Shown: positions 45,466-56,104 of the stretch, in pieces
Layout of the letters: each line of letters begins with the position of its first letter
How positions within the stretch are numbered: the first letter of the stretch is position 1
IMG/VR virus record: IMGVR_UViG_3300047564_001818
Strand: one strand, 5' to 3'
Length of the DNA stretch: 64,000 bases
Source: a virus
Taxonomy: Duplodnaviria > Caudoviricetes
Position numbers and translations under genes: made by a program
The notes under the pieces: generated by a model
Database searches by the model: none
Told to the model about the DNA's origin: nothing
Seen by the model: the letters and a program-made list of their open reading frames with translations, nothing else

Positions 45466-46605
45466 ATGAAAGTCTTAGTTATTGGCGATATTATTATTGA
45501 CAAGTACATCTACGGAACAGCTACGAGGTTAAGTCCAGAAGCGCCTGTGCCTATAGTCAGTCAAACACAAACTTCTCAATCATGGGGAGGTGCTGGTTTA
45601 GTTTATGAAAATCTCAAAAGCTTAGGTGTAGATGTTGCACTGTATGACTACGATCAGCCTAAAAGCATAAAAACTCGTGTCGTTTGTGACGGTCATTATG
45701 TCACACGCATAGATGAAGATTTTTATGCTGACGGTTATGAAATACTTGAAGAACTACAAGAATACCCTTTTGATAGATATGACATTGTTATACTAAGTGA
45801 TTATAATAAAGGTGTGTTAGATTTTAGTGAACAGATTATAGAACTTGCAAACAGTGCAGGATGCCGTATTATCGTTGACCCTAAACGTCAAGCAAGTGCG
45901 TACACTGGTGCTTGGTTAGTTAAACCCAATCGCAAAGAATATGACGAACTGTCGTTTTCTAAATGGCTAGGAAATATTGTCACTACCAGTGCCAGTAAAC
46001 CTGTAATAGCTAAAATAGATGGTAAAGAATACTCTGTATCTGTTGATCCAGTAGAAGTGGCAGATGTTGCTGGCGCAGGAGATTGTTTTCTAGCTGCATT
46101 TGTATATGGATTGACCAAGAGTTATGATTACAAAACCTGTTTAAAAATAGCTGTGAGAGGATCGACTGCTAGTGTAAAACATAATGGCACCTATATTCTA
46201 AAAATAGAAGATATAGAAGATAAGATTGTTTTTACTAACGGTGTGTTTGATATATTACACAAAGGTCATCTAGAACTGTTGAAAAAAGCTAGAAGCTTAG
46301 GTAGTAAGTTAATAGTTGGTATCAACTCAGATGCTAGTGTTAAACGTCTCAAAGGTGAATTAAGACCTGTCAACAATCAAACTGCTCGCATGGAACAGTT
46401 AAAAGCATTACCTTGGGTTGATGCTGTTATAATATTTGACGAAGATACCCCCTACGAAACTATCTATTATCTACAGCCAGATCTTATTGTTAAAGGTGGC
46501 GACTATACTGTAGATCAAGTAGTAGGTAATGATCTAGCAGAAGTATATATTTTTCCTACCATAGAAGGCTATTCAACTACACGAATTATAGAGGCGAGCA
46601 AATGA
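45466..46605 (+). CDS. hldE: bifunctional heptose-7-phosphate kinase / heptose-1-phosphate adenylyltransferase
   Basis: RLSPEAPVP, LSDYNKG, DVAGAGD; FTNGVFDILHKGH, GINSDASV, KGGDY. Confidence 0.92.
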   Translation: MKVLVIGDIIIDKYIYGTATRLSPEAPVPIVSQTQTSQSWGGAGLVYENLKSLGVDVALYDYDQPKSIKTRVVCDGHYVTRIDEDFYADGYEILEELQEYPFDRYDIVILSDYNKGVLDFSEQIIELANSAGCRIIVDPKRQASAYTGAWLVKPNRKEYDELSFSKWLGNIVTTSASKPVIAKIDGKEYSVSVDPVEVADVAGAGDCFLAAFVYGLTKSYDYKTCLKIAVRGSTASVKHNGTYILKIEDIEDKIVFTNGVFDILHKGHLELLKKARSLGSKLIVGINSDASVKRLKGELRPVNNQTARMEQLKALPWVDAVIIFDEDTPYETIYYLQPDLIVKGGDYTVDQVVGNDLAEVYIFPTIEGYSTTRIIEASK

Positions 46606-47198
46606 ATTATGATTTTATCGAAATAGGTACATCTGATTTTAGTTCTTTAATAGAAGAAGCAGATAATACTACCATTGGAATCTCAATAGAACCTATTAAA
46701 TATTATTTAGATCGATTACCTAATCCAATTGGAGTTAAGAAACTGAATTGCGCTGTTTCGTTAGATGGTAAATTAGGTCAAGCTAAACTTTATTATATAC
46801 CAGATAAGAGAATTAAAAAATATAACTTACCGTGGTGGATTCGTGGTTGTAATTCAATAAACAACTATCATCCTAAACATCAAGAATTAAAGATACAGCA
46901 CTTAGTAACTGTAATTGAAGTTAACACTATTCCCCTTGCAGATATTTTACAAGAACACAATGTTGAAGAAATAAAAATTCTTAAAATAGACACCGAAGGA
47001 GCAGACTGTTTTATTCTACAGTCTTTTATTGCTACATTGCAAATAAGACCTAAGCTATTTTGGCCAAAGCAAATTCAATTTGAAAGCAATAGTTTAACAG
47101 AGACATCGGTAATTGACGAGACAGTTACTCTTTATACTAATTTAGGATATAAAGTAGTTAAACCCGATGAAGAAAATACTATATTACTATTAGAGTAA
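46602..47198 (+). CDS. FkbM-family methyltransferase
   Basis: FIEIGTSDF, SIEP, LKIDTEGAD. Confidence 0.75.
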   Translation: MNYDFIEIGTSDFSSLIEEADNTTIGISIEPIKYYLDRLPNPIGVKKLNCAVSLDGKLGQAKLYYIPDKRIKKYNLPWWIRGCNSINNYHPKHQELKIQHLVTVIEVNTIPLADILQEHNVEEIKILKIDTEGADCFILQSFIATLQIRPKLFWPKQIQFESNSLTETSVIDETVTLYTNLGYKVVKPDEENTILLLE

Positions 47199-47202
47199 GC
47201 AA

Positions 47203-48021
47203 ATGAGAATACTAATAACAGGACATAAAGGATTTATCGGATCAAATATAGCACAATATCTGTTGTCAAAAGGGCACGATGTAGAAGGCTGGGAATATAC
47301 GCCTGGCGTTGTACCTAATACAGAAGACTATGAATGGTGCGTTCACACCGGTGCTATTAGTTCAACTACTTACACAAACGTTGATCAAATACTAGAACAA
47401 AACTTTGAGTTTAGTGTTCGTCTAGCACAGGTATGCGAAAACTTTGGTACTAATCTGCAATACGCTTCAAGTGCTAGTGTGTATGGTCCTACTGATCATT
47501 TTAAAGAAGATGGGCCGCTATTACCGCAAAGTCCTTATGCTTGGAGCAAATATTTGTTTGATAGATTTATCAATCAATTTCGAGACGAGTTTGAAATAAC
47601 AATACAGGGCTTTCGCTATTTTAATGTGTATGGACCAGGTGAAAGTCACAAAGGTGATCAAGCATCACCGTATACTAAGTTTACCAAACAAGCTACAGAA
47701 AACGGTGTTGTTAAACTGTTTGAAGGTAGTGAAAACTTTGCAAGAGATTTTGTATGCGTAGAAGACTTGTGTGCGCTACATGAAAAAATGTTTGATGTAA
47801 CAGCAAGTGGGATATTCAATGCGGGCACAGGTCGTGCAACCAGCTTTGACACTGTGGGCCGCGCAATAGCCAAAAAGTACGGCGCTGATCTACAGTATAT
47901 ACCCATGCCAGATGCATTAAAATCGCAGTATCAAAAATATACCTGTGCAGATTTAACCAAACTAAATTCAGTTGTAGATCAGTCTTGGACATCAATAGAG
48001 GATTATATAAATGGAAAATAA
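47203..48021 (+). CDS. hldD: ADP-L-glycero-D-manno-heptose 6-epimerase
   Basis: GHKGFIGSN, GAISST, YASSASVYG, YAWSK, GESHKG, QYQKYTCAD. Confidence 0.88.
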   Translation: MRILITGHKGFIGSNIAQYLLSKGHDVEGWEYTPGVVPNTEDYEWCVHTGAISSTTYTNVDQILEQNFEFSVRLAQVCENFGTNLQYASSASVYGPTDHFKEDGPLLPQSPYAWSKYLFDRFINQFRDEFEITIQGFRYFNVYGPGESHKGDQASPYTKFTKQATENGVVKLFEGSENFARDFVCVEDLCALHEKMFDVTASGIFNAGTGRATSFDTVGRAIAKKYGADLQYIPMPDALKSQYQKYTCADLTKLNSVVDQSWTSIEDYINGK

Positions 48022-48409
48022 CGAGCCTACTAGACTCAGCGGAGTAGTTAAAAAAGGATGGGGTTACGAACTGATTTGGGCTACTACAGACAAATACTGC
48101 GGTAAGATCATGGTTTTCGAACGTGCAGGTGCTAAATTTAGTATGCATTTTCATCGTGAGAAGGACGAGACTTGGTTTGTAAATACTGGAAGATTTTTGG
48201 TAAGATGGATTGATACTAAAACTGCTACTCTACACACTCAAGAACTAAAGGAAGGCGAAACTTGGCATAATCCTCCACTACAACCGCATCAACTAGAATG
48301 TATAGTTGCAGGTTCTAGTATCACAGAAGTTAGTACAGCCGATAGTGTAGAAGACAATTATCGAGTTTTTTCCGGTGACAGTCAAAAAACGGATGTTAGT
48401 AATGGTTGA
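48011..48409 (+). CDS. cupin, type II phosphomannose-isomerase-like
   Basis: KGWG, SMHFHREKDETW, PLQPHQL, EVST. Confidence 0.78.
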   Translation: MENNEPTRLSGVVKKGWGYELIWATTDKYCGKIMVFERAGAKFSMHFHREKDETWFVNTGRFLVRWIDTKTATLHTQELKEGETWHNPPLQPHQLECIVAGSSITEVSTADSVEDNYRVFSGDSQKTDVSNG

Positions 48410-49031
48410 CATTTATTGGGGCAATAAAGAAATTGATCTTCAAAGTCCTGATTACGTTGCTCCACGTTGTGTTATAGGATTAGATCGTGACGGTGTTTTA
48501 AATGTTGATCGTGGCACGTACACGTGGCAACGCAAAGATTTTGAACCTATACCTGGTAGTTTAGAAGCAGTTGCTAGGCTTCGTCGCATGGGACACAAAA
48601 TTGTTATAATAACAAATCAAGGCGGTATAGAAAAAGGTTTGTTCACAGAACAAGATGTCGAAGACGTACATCAATATCTGTTAGATTTATTAGGTCAAGC
48701 CGGTTGTCCTAGCATAGATGCAATTTATTATAGTGTTAGTAGTCGCAAAGACGATATGTATGCTAAACCTAACACAGGTATGTTTAAAAGATGTGAGCAA
48801 GAACAAGCACACAAAAAAATTAAATTTTCAAAAGGCTACTACGTGGGCGATAAAATAAGCGATCTTAAAGCAGCCGTTAAGATCAGTGCTAGGCCAGTAT
48901 TAGTTCGCTCCGGGTATGGTAGAGAAACTGAGCAAGAACTTAAAAAGTTTACTTATAGAGATATAAGAAAAAAGGTTATCACGTTTGATGATCTTGGTGC
49001 GTTTGTTGATTGGTTAGAAGCACAGGATTAA
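48402..49031 (+). CDS. gmhB: D,D-heptose 1,7-bisphosphate phosphatase
   Basis: LDRDGVLN, ITNQGGI, KPNTGM, VGDKISDL. Confidence 0.9.
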   Translation: MVDIYWGNKEIDLQSPDYVAPRCVIGLDRDGVLNVDRGTYTWQRKDFEPIPGSLEAVARLRRMGHKIVIITNQGGIEKGLFTEQDVEDVHQYLLDLLGQAGCPSIDAIYYSVSSRKDDMYAKPNTGMFKRCEQEQAHKKIKFSKGYYVGDKISDLKAAVKISARPVLVRSGYGRETEQELKKFTYRDIRKKVITFDDLGAFVDWLEAQD

Positions 49032-52000
49032 GCCTGTGCTTCTCCCCATTTTAGAATAATATTAGCAATCGATGCTGCTCCACTAACTTTATACACGTTA
49101 ATAGCAAGAACATCAGGACCGTTAGGATAGGTACCTCTACCGCCAAGTGGAGTATTGGTTAATTCTTTCAGGGTCGAAAAGTCTACTGTTGCTCTTTCTC
49201 CAGGAGTAGCAATAAACGAAAATACTGTTTCGCCTGGTAAAGCAAATCCAGGTGTACCAAATTCAAACGTCACAGTGTTTGCTGCGCTAATAGCACTCAC
49301 TGAAGTTTGGTTAAATGTAACTTCATAAAATTGTGTGCTACCTAGCTGTAACAATCTTACATTGGAAACAGCAGTACCTGCAGGAAACTTTGTGTCACTA
49401 ACAGCTACAGGAGTACCTATAGTTGCACCGGATGCTTCCCAAGATGCTTTAGTAAACAGTAATCTATTGGTTATACCTGTAAAAGTTCTATATACAAATC
49501 TAACCAGCGGAGGACTCGGCCAGTTACTGGCTCTTTGTGTACTACCTGTAGTTGATCTAATAGATACTTCATACCCTGAACCTCCAGCTCCTGCTAAATT
49601 ACTGCTAGTTCGAACCTGTGTAACAAAATAAGTGCCTTGGGTTCCGTCGGTGTAGACAGTATCAGCTCCTGCGGCTGCACCATTGCCGCCGTATACAACT
49701 GAACCTTGTAGAACTGGACCTCTTAGATTATATTCAGCATCTGTAAATTCAATAGGTGATTGGTTTTCGTTAGTACCGTTTGCAGGAACATATACATATC
49801 CTGTATCAATATCAGCACTTACTGTAGCGGTTGCAGTACTTGTAGTGGCGCCCCAATCTACGCCGCCTCCCGGTGCAATCTGAGCAAAGCTAGGTTGGCC
49901 ACCTTGTGCTCTAGTACTTAATCCTGACCAACTAATATTTGAAGGATTGATAGGATAGTTTATGGGATTTAGTACTCCTTCTACAACTATACCACCAGTA
50001 ATAGGAGTTGCTGATGTGCCGCCTTCTGAAGTAATTTCTAATGACTGTAACAATAGTTGAGCACGATTAAGTAGTTCTCGTTCTCCTAAATCTCCTATAA
50101 TTGCATTAGATACACTAGGTGCAAGTCGAATAAGGAAAGAAGTTCTTTTTGTTGTAGTAACTGAAATACCTGTTGCTGCATACGAGAAGATATAGCCTCG
50201 ATCCTCGTCAAACCCGCCGTCTGTTAGAAACGCACTACCCCAATGGCTAATCAGCGGAGTAATAGTTTGAGATATGAGTATCACTCCAGTTCTAGAATCA
50301 TGCGTTGCTGCTATGCCTGCGGTATAACTTCTTGTAGCACCGGCTTGGAAGTTAGTAAACGTAGCTGCTCTAATACAACCAGTTAGTGTGTTAGTGGCTG
50401 TGTTGTTGCCTGCAAAAGATATAATTTCGTTATCAATATAAACAACTCCACTGTCTGGGAAAAAACTACTATCTTCTAGTACAACTGTTGTTTGACTGTT
50501 AGTCATAGCACTAGCTAGTTTACCACTCGGTCCTTCATTAGTAACTTCATAGCGAACAGGCAAGTTGCCCGAACGCATAAACGCTTCTGTGTTTACGTTG
50601 GAATTACGCATTCTATGTGCAAACACAAAGTTGCCGTCGCTGCCTCTTAACATAAAATCAATAAATCCAGCACCATACCAACTAAACTGAATGCCGATCA
50701 TTTGCATTTTAGCAATATCAATATCGTATCCGCTAGGACCAGTTCCGTCTAATCTGTCTAGATTAAACTCACTTTGTTTAACTTTTTTATCTGTTACTAG
50801 ATTTGCTTTTGTACCAGTAATATTTACAGTGCCTCGCCAATCGGGTGTTACAGTAATTTCTGTTTGACTGTTAACATGGCTTACTACGTGTGTCATACCT
50901 TTGATAACAATCCTATCGCCTGCTTTTAGTTGATCGCGGAATCTAGTATTTGTTCCAGTAATTAAATTGTTATCAACTTGCATAGCAATAGTGCCGGCTA
51001 GTTGTCGTGTACCGGATCTTTGATTTACACTAATAGTGGTGCCATCATATTCCCAGAAAATACCGTTTTGATCATCAAATATACCAGAACGTACTGTGGC
51101 GCCGTGCCATCTTACAACACTCATTTGAGAGCCAAATCCTAGTACAGCAGTGGTATTACCTAATCTTCTTTGAGCACGTATTTGAAATGTTCGTTCGTCT
51201 ATAACATTTACAACTTCGTAATCAAATGTAGGAGGAGTAGCAGTTTCAGGTCCACTGTTATATCCCGGAGTTTCTATACCTAGTAAACGTACAATGCCAC
51301 CTTCTTGAACTCCATGATCGTTGTCGTCAGTTACTACTGTGATTAAAGATCCTACTTCGACACTTTCGGCTGTTACACTGCGAATATCATAGCTTGGTGC
51401 AAATAAAGCACCAGTAGTGTACATGATGCCTTTACCTGATTGGTAACGGATATATTTTTTACTTTGACGTATTGCTTGTGCGCCGTGTTGTGGACCACCT
51501 GTTCCTAGTTGCACGCCGCCGTCATATGGTCTATGTATAAAGAAGCTGTCTGGTCTAGGATAAACTATTGCACTTATATCTGTACTATTATCAATTGTGC
51601 CTGCCGCCCTAGCTTGATATCTTAGTTTTAATAAGGTAGGAATTTCAGTAGCAAAAAATGATCCTGCTGCTAGCGCATGATTATTAGAACCGTTATCTGA
51701 AGTAACAGTTACAATAAATGTATTTCCAGGTACTAGACCGTGAGCTGTTGTAAAAGTAATTTCTAGTGTTGCAAGAGCTGCATAGTTAACTGTAGTGTTT
51801 GCTGGCAATAATGCTGTGGTAGATTCTGAAATTAATATAGTGCTGATTAAATCAAAATCATCACCTAAATCAGCAGTACCTAAACTGACTACATCAGTAA
51901 TTACTCCACTCGAAACTGTGTTAACTCGTAAAGTTAAGTCGTTTGCAGGTTGAGTCCCTCCAAGAATATCTCCTGGTATAATAATACGATTGCCTACTTG

Positions 52001-55000
52001 ATAGTTTGTGCCGCCATTAAGTACTATAGCTGAGTAAACTCCGTTATCTCTAGTTACTGCAAAAGTGGCGCTTGCTCCAGTAGGTGTACTATTTGCACCT
52101 TCAACGGCTGTATGAGAACTAGTGCTACCGTTAGCAGTTCCGCTTGGGCTAACTGAAGTAATTGTGCCGCTTGCATTAACTGTACTAATAGTGATAGTTA
52201 AATCGTTAGTAGGAGTAGTTCCAATTAGACTAGACCCAAGAATTGTGAAGGTTTGACCTGCTCCATAGTTTGTTCCGCCACTGTTGACTGTAATCGAGTA
52301 TATGCCGCCCGATAAGCCGACATTTATATCAAAACCAGTTCCGATTAAATTATTGCCAGTTAAGAAAGTTCTAGCCTGGCTGTTAACGGCAGTACCGGAC
52401 ACACTAGATGCTGTAATTTCGCCAGAACCGCCTACATTGTCTACTGTGATTGTTAAATTATTAGTAGGTGTAGTTCCGCCTAATTCAGCACCAACAACAG
52501 TAATAGTTTCAGTTGCTAAGAATCCCGATCCAGGATTATTAAATACCACCGAGTAGGTAGTTCCTGATCGTGTTACAGTAAAATCTATTCCTATTCCCGA
52601 TCCGCTGGTAGTATACGCAGGGTTGTCGTAACTAACTAGTGCATTTGGAGCAGTTCCTGATATAGATACTGAAGTTATAGATCCATCTAATCCTACACCT
52701 GTAACTGTTAGTTTAGCATCGTTGGTAGGCGAAGTTCCATTTGAGTTAATAGTATTACCAGGAATTATAATTATATCGTTTATTGCGTAACCAGTTGAAC
52801 TGTCAGGCGATGTTATGTCAGCTGTTAAGAACACGTTGTTTGCAAATGTAATATCAAATTGCGCATTAGTTCCTGTGCCACTGTTAACTGTAGGAGTTAA
52901 CCCAGACACGGTTGTTGTACCATTAAATGCTGTTCCACTAGAATTAAAGGTTGTAATAATTCCATTGTTAGTACCAGTTACAGTAATTGTAATATCGTGA
53001 GTAGGCGTTGCGCCACCTACACTATTGCCTAATATTACAATAATGTCACCTATTTCATAATTTGTGCCGCCGGTATTCAAACTTATACTGTACACACCAG
53101 CAGCTCTTGATACATCAAATGTAGCGCCTGCACCTGCTGGAGAATCGTTTGATCCACTAATGCCGGTATAGACTTCAATGTTTCCTATAATTGGCGATGT
53201 AAAATTACCACTGAAGATTATGTCATTTCCGTCAATTTCATCAACAAATATTGCAACACCGTCGCCTCTGTCTACTGCTAGATTAGGAACAATACCAGTT
53301 GGATCATCAACTGTTATTGTATTAACTCCGCTAGAATATGATCCTACTACATCCGGAGTTATGTAGGTGCCGCCACCGGCACTGTTATCAATAATTCCAG
53401 TAACTTGAGCTCCAGTAGGTATTGCTCCTGTGCCATCTACTAGTGGTGCACCAATTTCAGGAGATGCTCCGTCAAACGGTATAATTGTGCTTCCTGTTGA
53501 CACAGCAAGTTCGGACACAAAAGATCCCGACGTTCCGTTACTTAATACTGCAACTGTAGGTGATCCAATACTTGCTCCGGTATAAAATCCAGCTTGTCTA
53601 AGCTGTGTATAGGTTGTACTTAATACATCGCCATTAGTAGTGCCTACTTTAGATTTTGCAAAGAAAGTAAATGTAGTAGCAGTAGGCACAGTATTAATTA
53701 CAAAGCTGCCTTCAGCTCTTGCTGCACCAACTATCGAATCTTCTAGTGCTTTAATAGTAATAGGTGTACCTGCAATAAAACCATGAGGACCAACTGTAGT
53801 AACTGTAATTAATGATTGACCTACTCCACTGGTACCAGAGCTTGCATCAGTAACAACACTAAGAACTCCAGTATCAGTTCCTGGAATTTCATATACTGAC
53901 GGATAACCTCTAAGAGTACCTATTGCTGCCCATTTTGTTGGCTGTAGACCATATTCAAAGTCTGCGTCGAGCATAGACAGTGCAGGAGCAACACGCATAC
54001 GTTCAATTGCATCTGTTCCAAAGCTGTGTGGTCTAACAGTGGTTATGCTTTTACCGTTTTCTATATTTTCTACAAATATTTGCAGTTCGTCTGTTAAACT
54101 GTGATTACTAGTATCATAATTTAAAGTGATAGTTGTAATAGCGTCAGTGGTTTGAAGATACTTTGGAAAACTAGAATCAGTTTCAATTCCGTCTGTCTTA
54201 AGTGTAACTACGCCGCCTGTTGTAGGATTATTAAAACTATAGATAATTTCATTCTTTGTTGCATTTGTAATCAAAAGCATTTGATCAAGATCGTATCGAC
54301 CTTGTATTTTAATAGTGCCAACTCCAGTCGGTATTGCAGTTGGCATCGCAGTTAAACCGTTGGTAATAACATCTACTGTATTAAAGGCTAGTGTGTTTAT
54401 TTTAGCAACAGCACCGGACGTTAAACTGTTGGCTGTAGCACTAACAAAAGTATGTGTACTAGTGTCTGAACTTATGCCTACATTTACCGTAATTGTTGTA
54501 GCAGTTACAGACGTAATAGATAACGGAGCATAATAATAAGGATCTTTTCCTGTGCTGTTAGGAACACCAGAAGCTCTAGGATATGAATGAGTAGTAGCAT
54601 TACCGTTAAGAGCACAAGTAAAAGTTATGCTTGCTGGAGCAATAAAAATTTCTGTTCCAGCAGTTAAACTATGACTGCCTATTGTAAGCGTCATGTTTCC
54701 GGTTGATGGATTATAAGTTGCTGCGGTTGGAGTAAATTGAAGATTTGCAACAGTTTTTGATACATCTATAGTTTGTGCGATTTCAGTGTTAGAAGCTGAA
54801 TACGCAGTATTAGTAAAAATATAATTTTTTATTAGTGTTCCAATAAATGTGTGAGTTTGTATTTCTGGCTGGCGTGTTCCATCAACTTGTGCAACTCCTT
54901 GGTCCCAGTAATACTTTATAGTATTTCTTAACTTTTCGTTGCCGCCATATCTTAAGTCATACAGATAAGCATCAATAACAAATCCTACATCTCTTTCGCA

Positions 55001-55192
55001 TTTAGGTTGATTGTAAGTATAGCCTACAAAACCACTAACACCTGCATCTATTTGATCTTGTATCCAGGCATTTGCTTCTTTTTGAATAAACTCTTTGTTA
55101 CTACTTAACAGGTCATATGCATTAGGATAAAGATTATCTGCTGCTCCTATACCTGGTTTAAATACGTAATTTTTTATTTGTGTTTTTGCCAT
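49028..55192 (-). CDS. 2054-aa tail/baseplate structural protein with internal repeats
   Basis: Gly/Thr/Ser-rich beta repeats; structural-gene context. Confidence 0.8.
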   Translation of the reverse strand: MAKTQIKNYVFKPGIGAADNLYPNAYDLLSSNKEFIQKEANAWIQDQIDAGVSGFVGYTYNQPKCERDVGFVIDAYLYDLRYGGNEKLRNTIKYYWDQGVAQVDGTRQPEIQTHTFIGTLIKNYIFTNTAYSASNTEIAQTIDVSKTVANLQFTPTAATYNPSTGNMTLTIGSHSLTAGTEIFIAPASITFTCALNGNATTHSYPRASGVPNSTGKDPYYYAPLSITSVTATTITVNVGISSDTSTHTFVSATANSLTSGAVAKINTLAFNTVDVITNGLTAMPTAIPTGVGTIKIQGRYDLDQMLLITNATKNEIIYSFNNPTTGGVVTLKTDGIETDSSFPKYLQTTDAITTITLNYDTSNHSLTDELQIFVENIENGKSITTVRPHSFGTDAIERMRVAPALSMLDADFEYGLQPTKWAAIGTLRGYPSVYEIPGTDTGVLSVVTDASSGTSGVGQSLITVTTVGPHGFIAGTPITIKALEDSIVGAARAEGSFVINTVPTATTFTFFAKSKVGTTNGDVLSTTYTQLRQAGFYTGASIGSPTVAVLSNGTSGSFVSELAVSTGSTIIPFDGASPEIGAPLVDGTGAIPTGAQVTGIIDNSAGGGTYITPDVVGSYSSGVNTITVDDPTGIVPNLAVDRGDGVAIFVDEIDGNDIIFSGNFTSPIIGNIEVYTGISGSNDSPAGAGATFDVSRAAGVYSISLNTGGTNYEIGDIIVILGNSVGGATPTHDITITVTGTNNGIITTFNSSGTAFNGTTTVSGLTPTVNSGTGTNAQFDITFANNVFLTADITSPDSSTGYAINDIIIIPGNTINSNGTSPTNDAKLTVTGVGLDGSITSVSISGTAPNALVSYDNPAYTTSGSGIGIDFTVTRSGTTYSVVFNNPGSGFLATETITVVGAELGGTTPTNNLTITVDNVGGSGEITASSVSGTAVNSQARTFLTGNNLIGTGFDINVGLSGGIYSITVNSGGTNYGAGQTFTILGSSLIGTTPTNDLTITISTVNASGTITSVSPSGTANGSTSSHTAVEGANSTPTGASATFAVTRDNGVYSAIVLNGGTNYQVGNRIIIPGDILGGTQPANDLTLRVNTVSSGVITDVVSLGTADLGDDFDLISTILISESTTALLPANTTVNYAALATLEITFTTAHGLVPGNTFIVTVTSDNGSNNHALAAGSFFATEIPTLLKLRYQARAAGTIDNSTDISAIVYPRPDSFFIHRPYDGGVQLGTGGPQHGAQAIRQSKKYIRYQSGKGIMYTTGALFAPSYDIRSVTAESVEVGSLITVVTDDNDHGVQEGGIVRLLGIETPGYNSGPETATPPTFDYEVVNVIDERTFQIRAQRRLGNTTAVLGFGSQMSVVRWHGATVRSGIFDDQNGIFWEYDGTTISVNQRSGTRQLAGTIAMQVDNNLITGTNTRFRDQLKAGDRIVIKGMTHVVSHVNSQTEITVTPDWRGTVNITGTKANLVTDKKVKQSEFNLDRLDGTGPSGYDIDIAKMQMIGIQFSWYGAGFIDFMLRGSDGNFVFAHRMRNSNVNTEAFMRSGNLPVRYEVTNEGPSGKLASAMTNSQTTVVLEDSSFFPDSGVVYIDNEIISFAGNNTATNTLTGCIRAATFTNFQAGATRSYTAGIAATHDSRTGVILISQTITPLISHWGSAFLTDGGFDEDRGYIFSYAATGISVTTTKRTSFLIRLAPSVSNAIIGDLGERELLNRAQLLLQSLEITSEGGTSATPITGGIVVEGVLNPINYPINPSNISWSGLSTRAQGGQPSFAQIAPGGGVDWGATTSTATATVSADIDTGYVYVPANGTNENQSPIEFTDAEYNLRGPVLQGSVVYGGNGAAAGADTVYTDGTQGTYFVTQVRTSSNLAGAGGSGYEVSIRSTTGSTQRASNWPSPPLVRFVYRTFTGITNRLLFTKASWEASGATIGTPVAVSDTKFPAGTAVSNVRLLQLGSTQFYEVTFNQTSVSAISAANTVTFEFGTPGFALPGETVFSFIATPGERATVDFSTLKELTNTPLGGRGTYPNGPDVLAINVYKVSGAASIANIILKWGEAQA
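51870..53135 (-). repeat. five ~85-aa protein repeats (G..F.V...G.Y......GG..Y...I.I.G....G..P.ND..I.V.....G.IT....SGTA)
   Basis: Read in the translation of 49028..55192; boundaries approximate. Confidence 0.8.
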
Positions 55193-55195
55193 CTT

Positions 55196-56068
55196 TTAAC
55201 TTCCGAGTGCTATTGCAAATGCTGCGCTTGTTAGATCTACATAAGACTTTTTTGTAACTTCGTTTGGACCAGCAGGTTCGTTAACAACAGATGCAGTACT
55301 AAATGTAGCTACTGCTGGAGTAATTGATCCTATTACAGTGTTATTTATTTGACTGTCTTTTATAGGAATTGACAATCCTGTGCTGTCAATAACACCTACA
55401 ACACTAGAGTCTCCTGTTATCAAACGTATTTCTAAGTCTGCTTTAAGTGTTAATGTAGAGTTAGATTCGATATCAGTAGTACTAATTAAATCACCTACTC
55501 TTAGAGTTTTTGCAATAGCTACTCCACCTGCAACAGTTAATGCTCCATTAGATAAAGTTGTAGTGTCTGTTGTACTGTTTATAGATACTGTACTAAAGGA
55601 ACCTATAGGATCTAGGACATTAATTGTACCAAACACTGAAGCTGTATCATTAGAATAATAAATGGTAGATTCAGTATACGTACTGGGAATAGTTATAGAA
55701 AGTGTCCCTGTTCGTTTTGCTTGTGCTTCGGCGCCTCTATCACCTGAGCTGTGTATAAGATTAATACTGTATAAGGTAGTTTGATCTTCTCTATAAAAAG
55801 TAATCCCAGTAGTAGTTAAATTTAGATCAAATACATAAGTTCTTGATTTAAATAAACTTATTGTTGGATTAGTACCAGCAACGTCTTGAATTAAAAAATT
55901 ATTAGAGACATCATTTGTTAATATAAAATCAGCAAGTGTTCCAGGACCAGGAGCAGTTTCTGATAAAGTAATAGAGGTGGCAGTAATGTTTCCTTCATCA
56001 TCAACAGTAAAATTATTACTTTTAAATCCAAAATCCGAAACAAATTGTGTTTCACTAACTCTTTTCAT
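55196..56068 (-). CDS. virion structural protein (fibre/baseplate-associated)
   Basis: GALTVAGGVAIAK repeat-type motif; ends FAIALGS; late promoter at 56086-56092. Confidence 0.7.
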   Translation of the reverse strand: MKRVSETQFVSDFGFKSNNFTVDDEGNITATSITLSETAPGPGTLADFILTNDVSNNFLIQDVAGTNPTISLFKSRTYVFDLNLTTTGITFYREDQTTLYSINLIHSSGDRGAEAQAKRTGTLSITIPSTYTESTIYYSNDTASVFGTINVLDPIGSFSTVSINSTTDTTTLSNGALTVAGGVAIAKTLRVGDLISTTDIESNSTLTLKADLEIRLITGDSSVVGVIDSTGLSIPIKDSQINNTVIGSITPAVATFSTASVVNEPAGPNEVTKKSYVDLTSAAFAIALGS

Positions 56069-56104
56069 GCCAGTCTCCTATCATATATTTATTTAAAATA
56101 CGGA

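Noticed and set aside
45466-49031. Bacterial chromosome or prophage flank suggested by LPS genes
   Set aside because: Genes are interleaved with core T4-like structural and replication genes and use phage promoters; no integrase or housekeeping synteny
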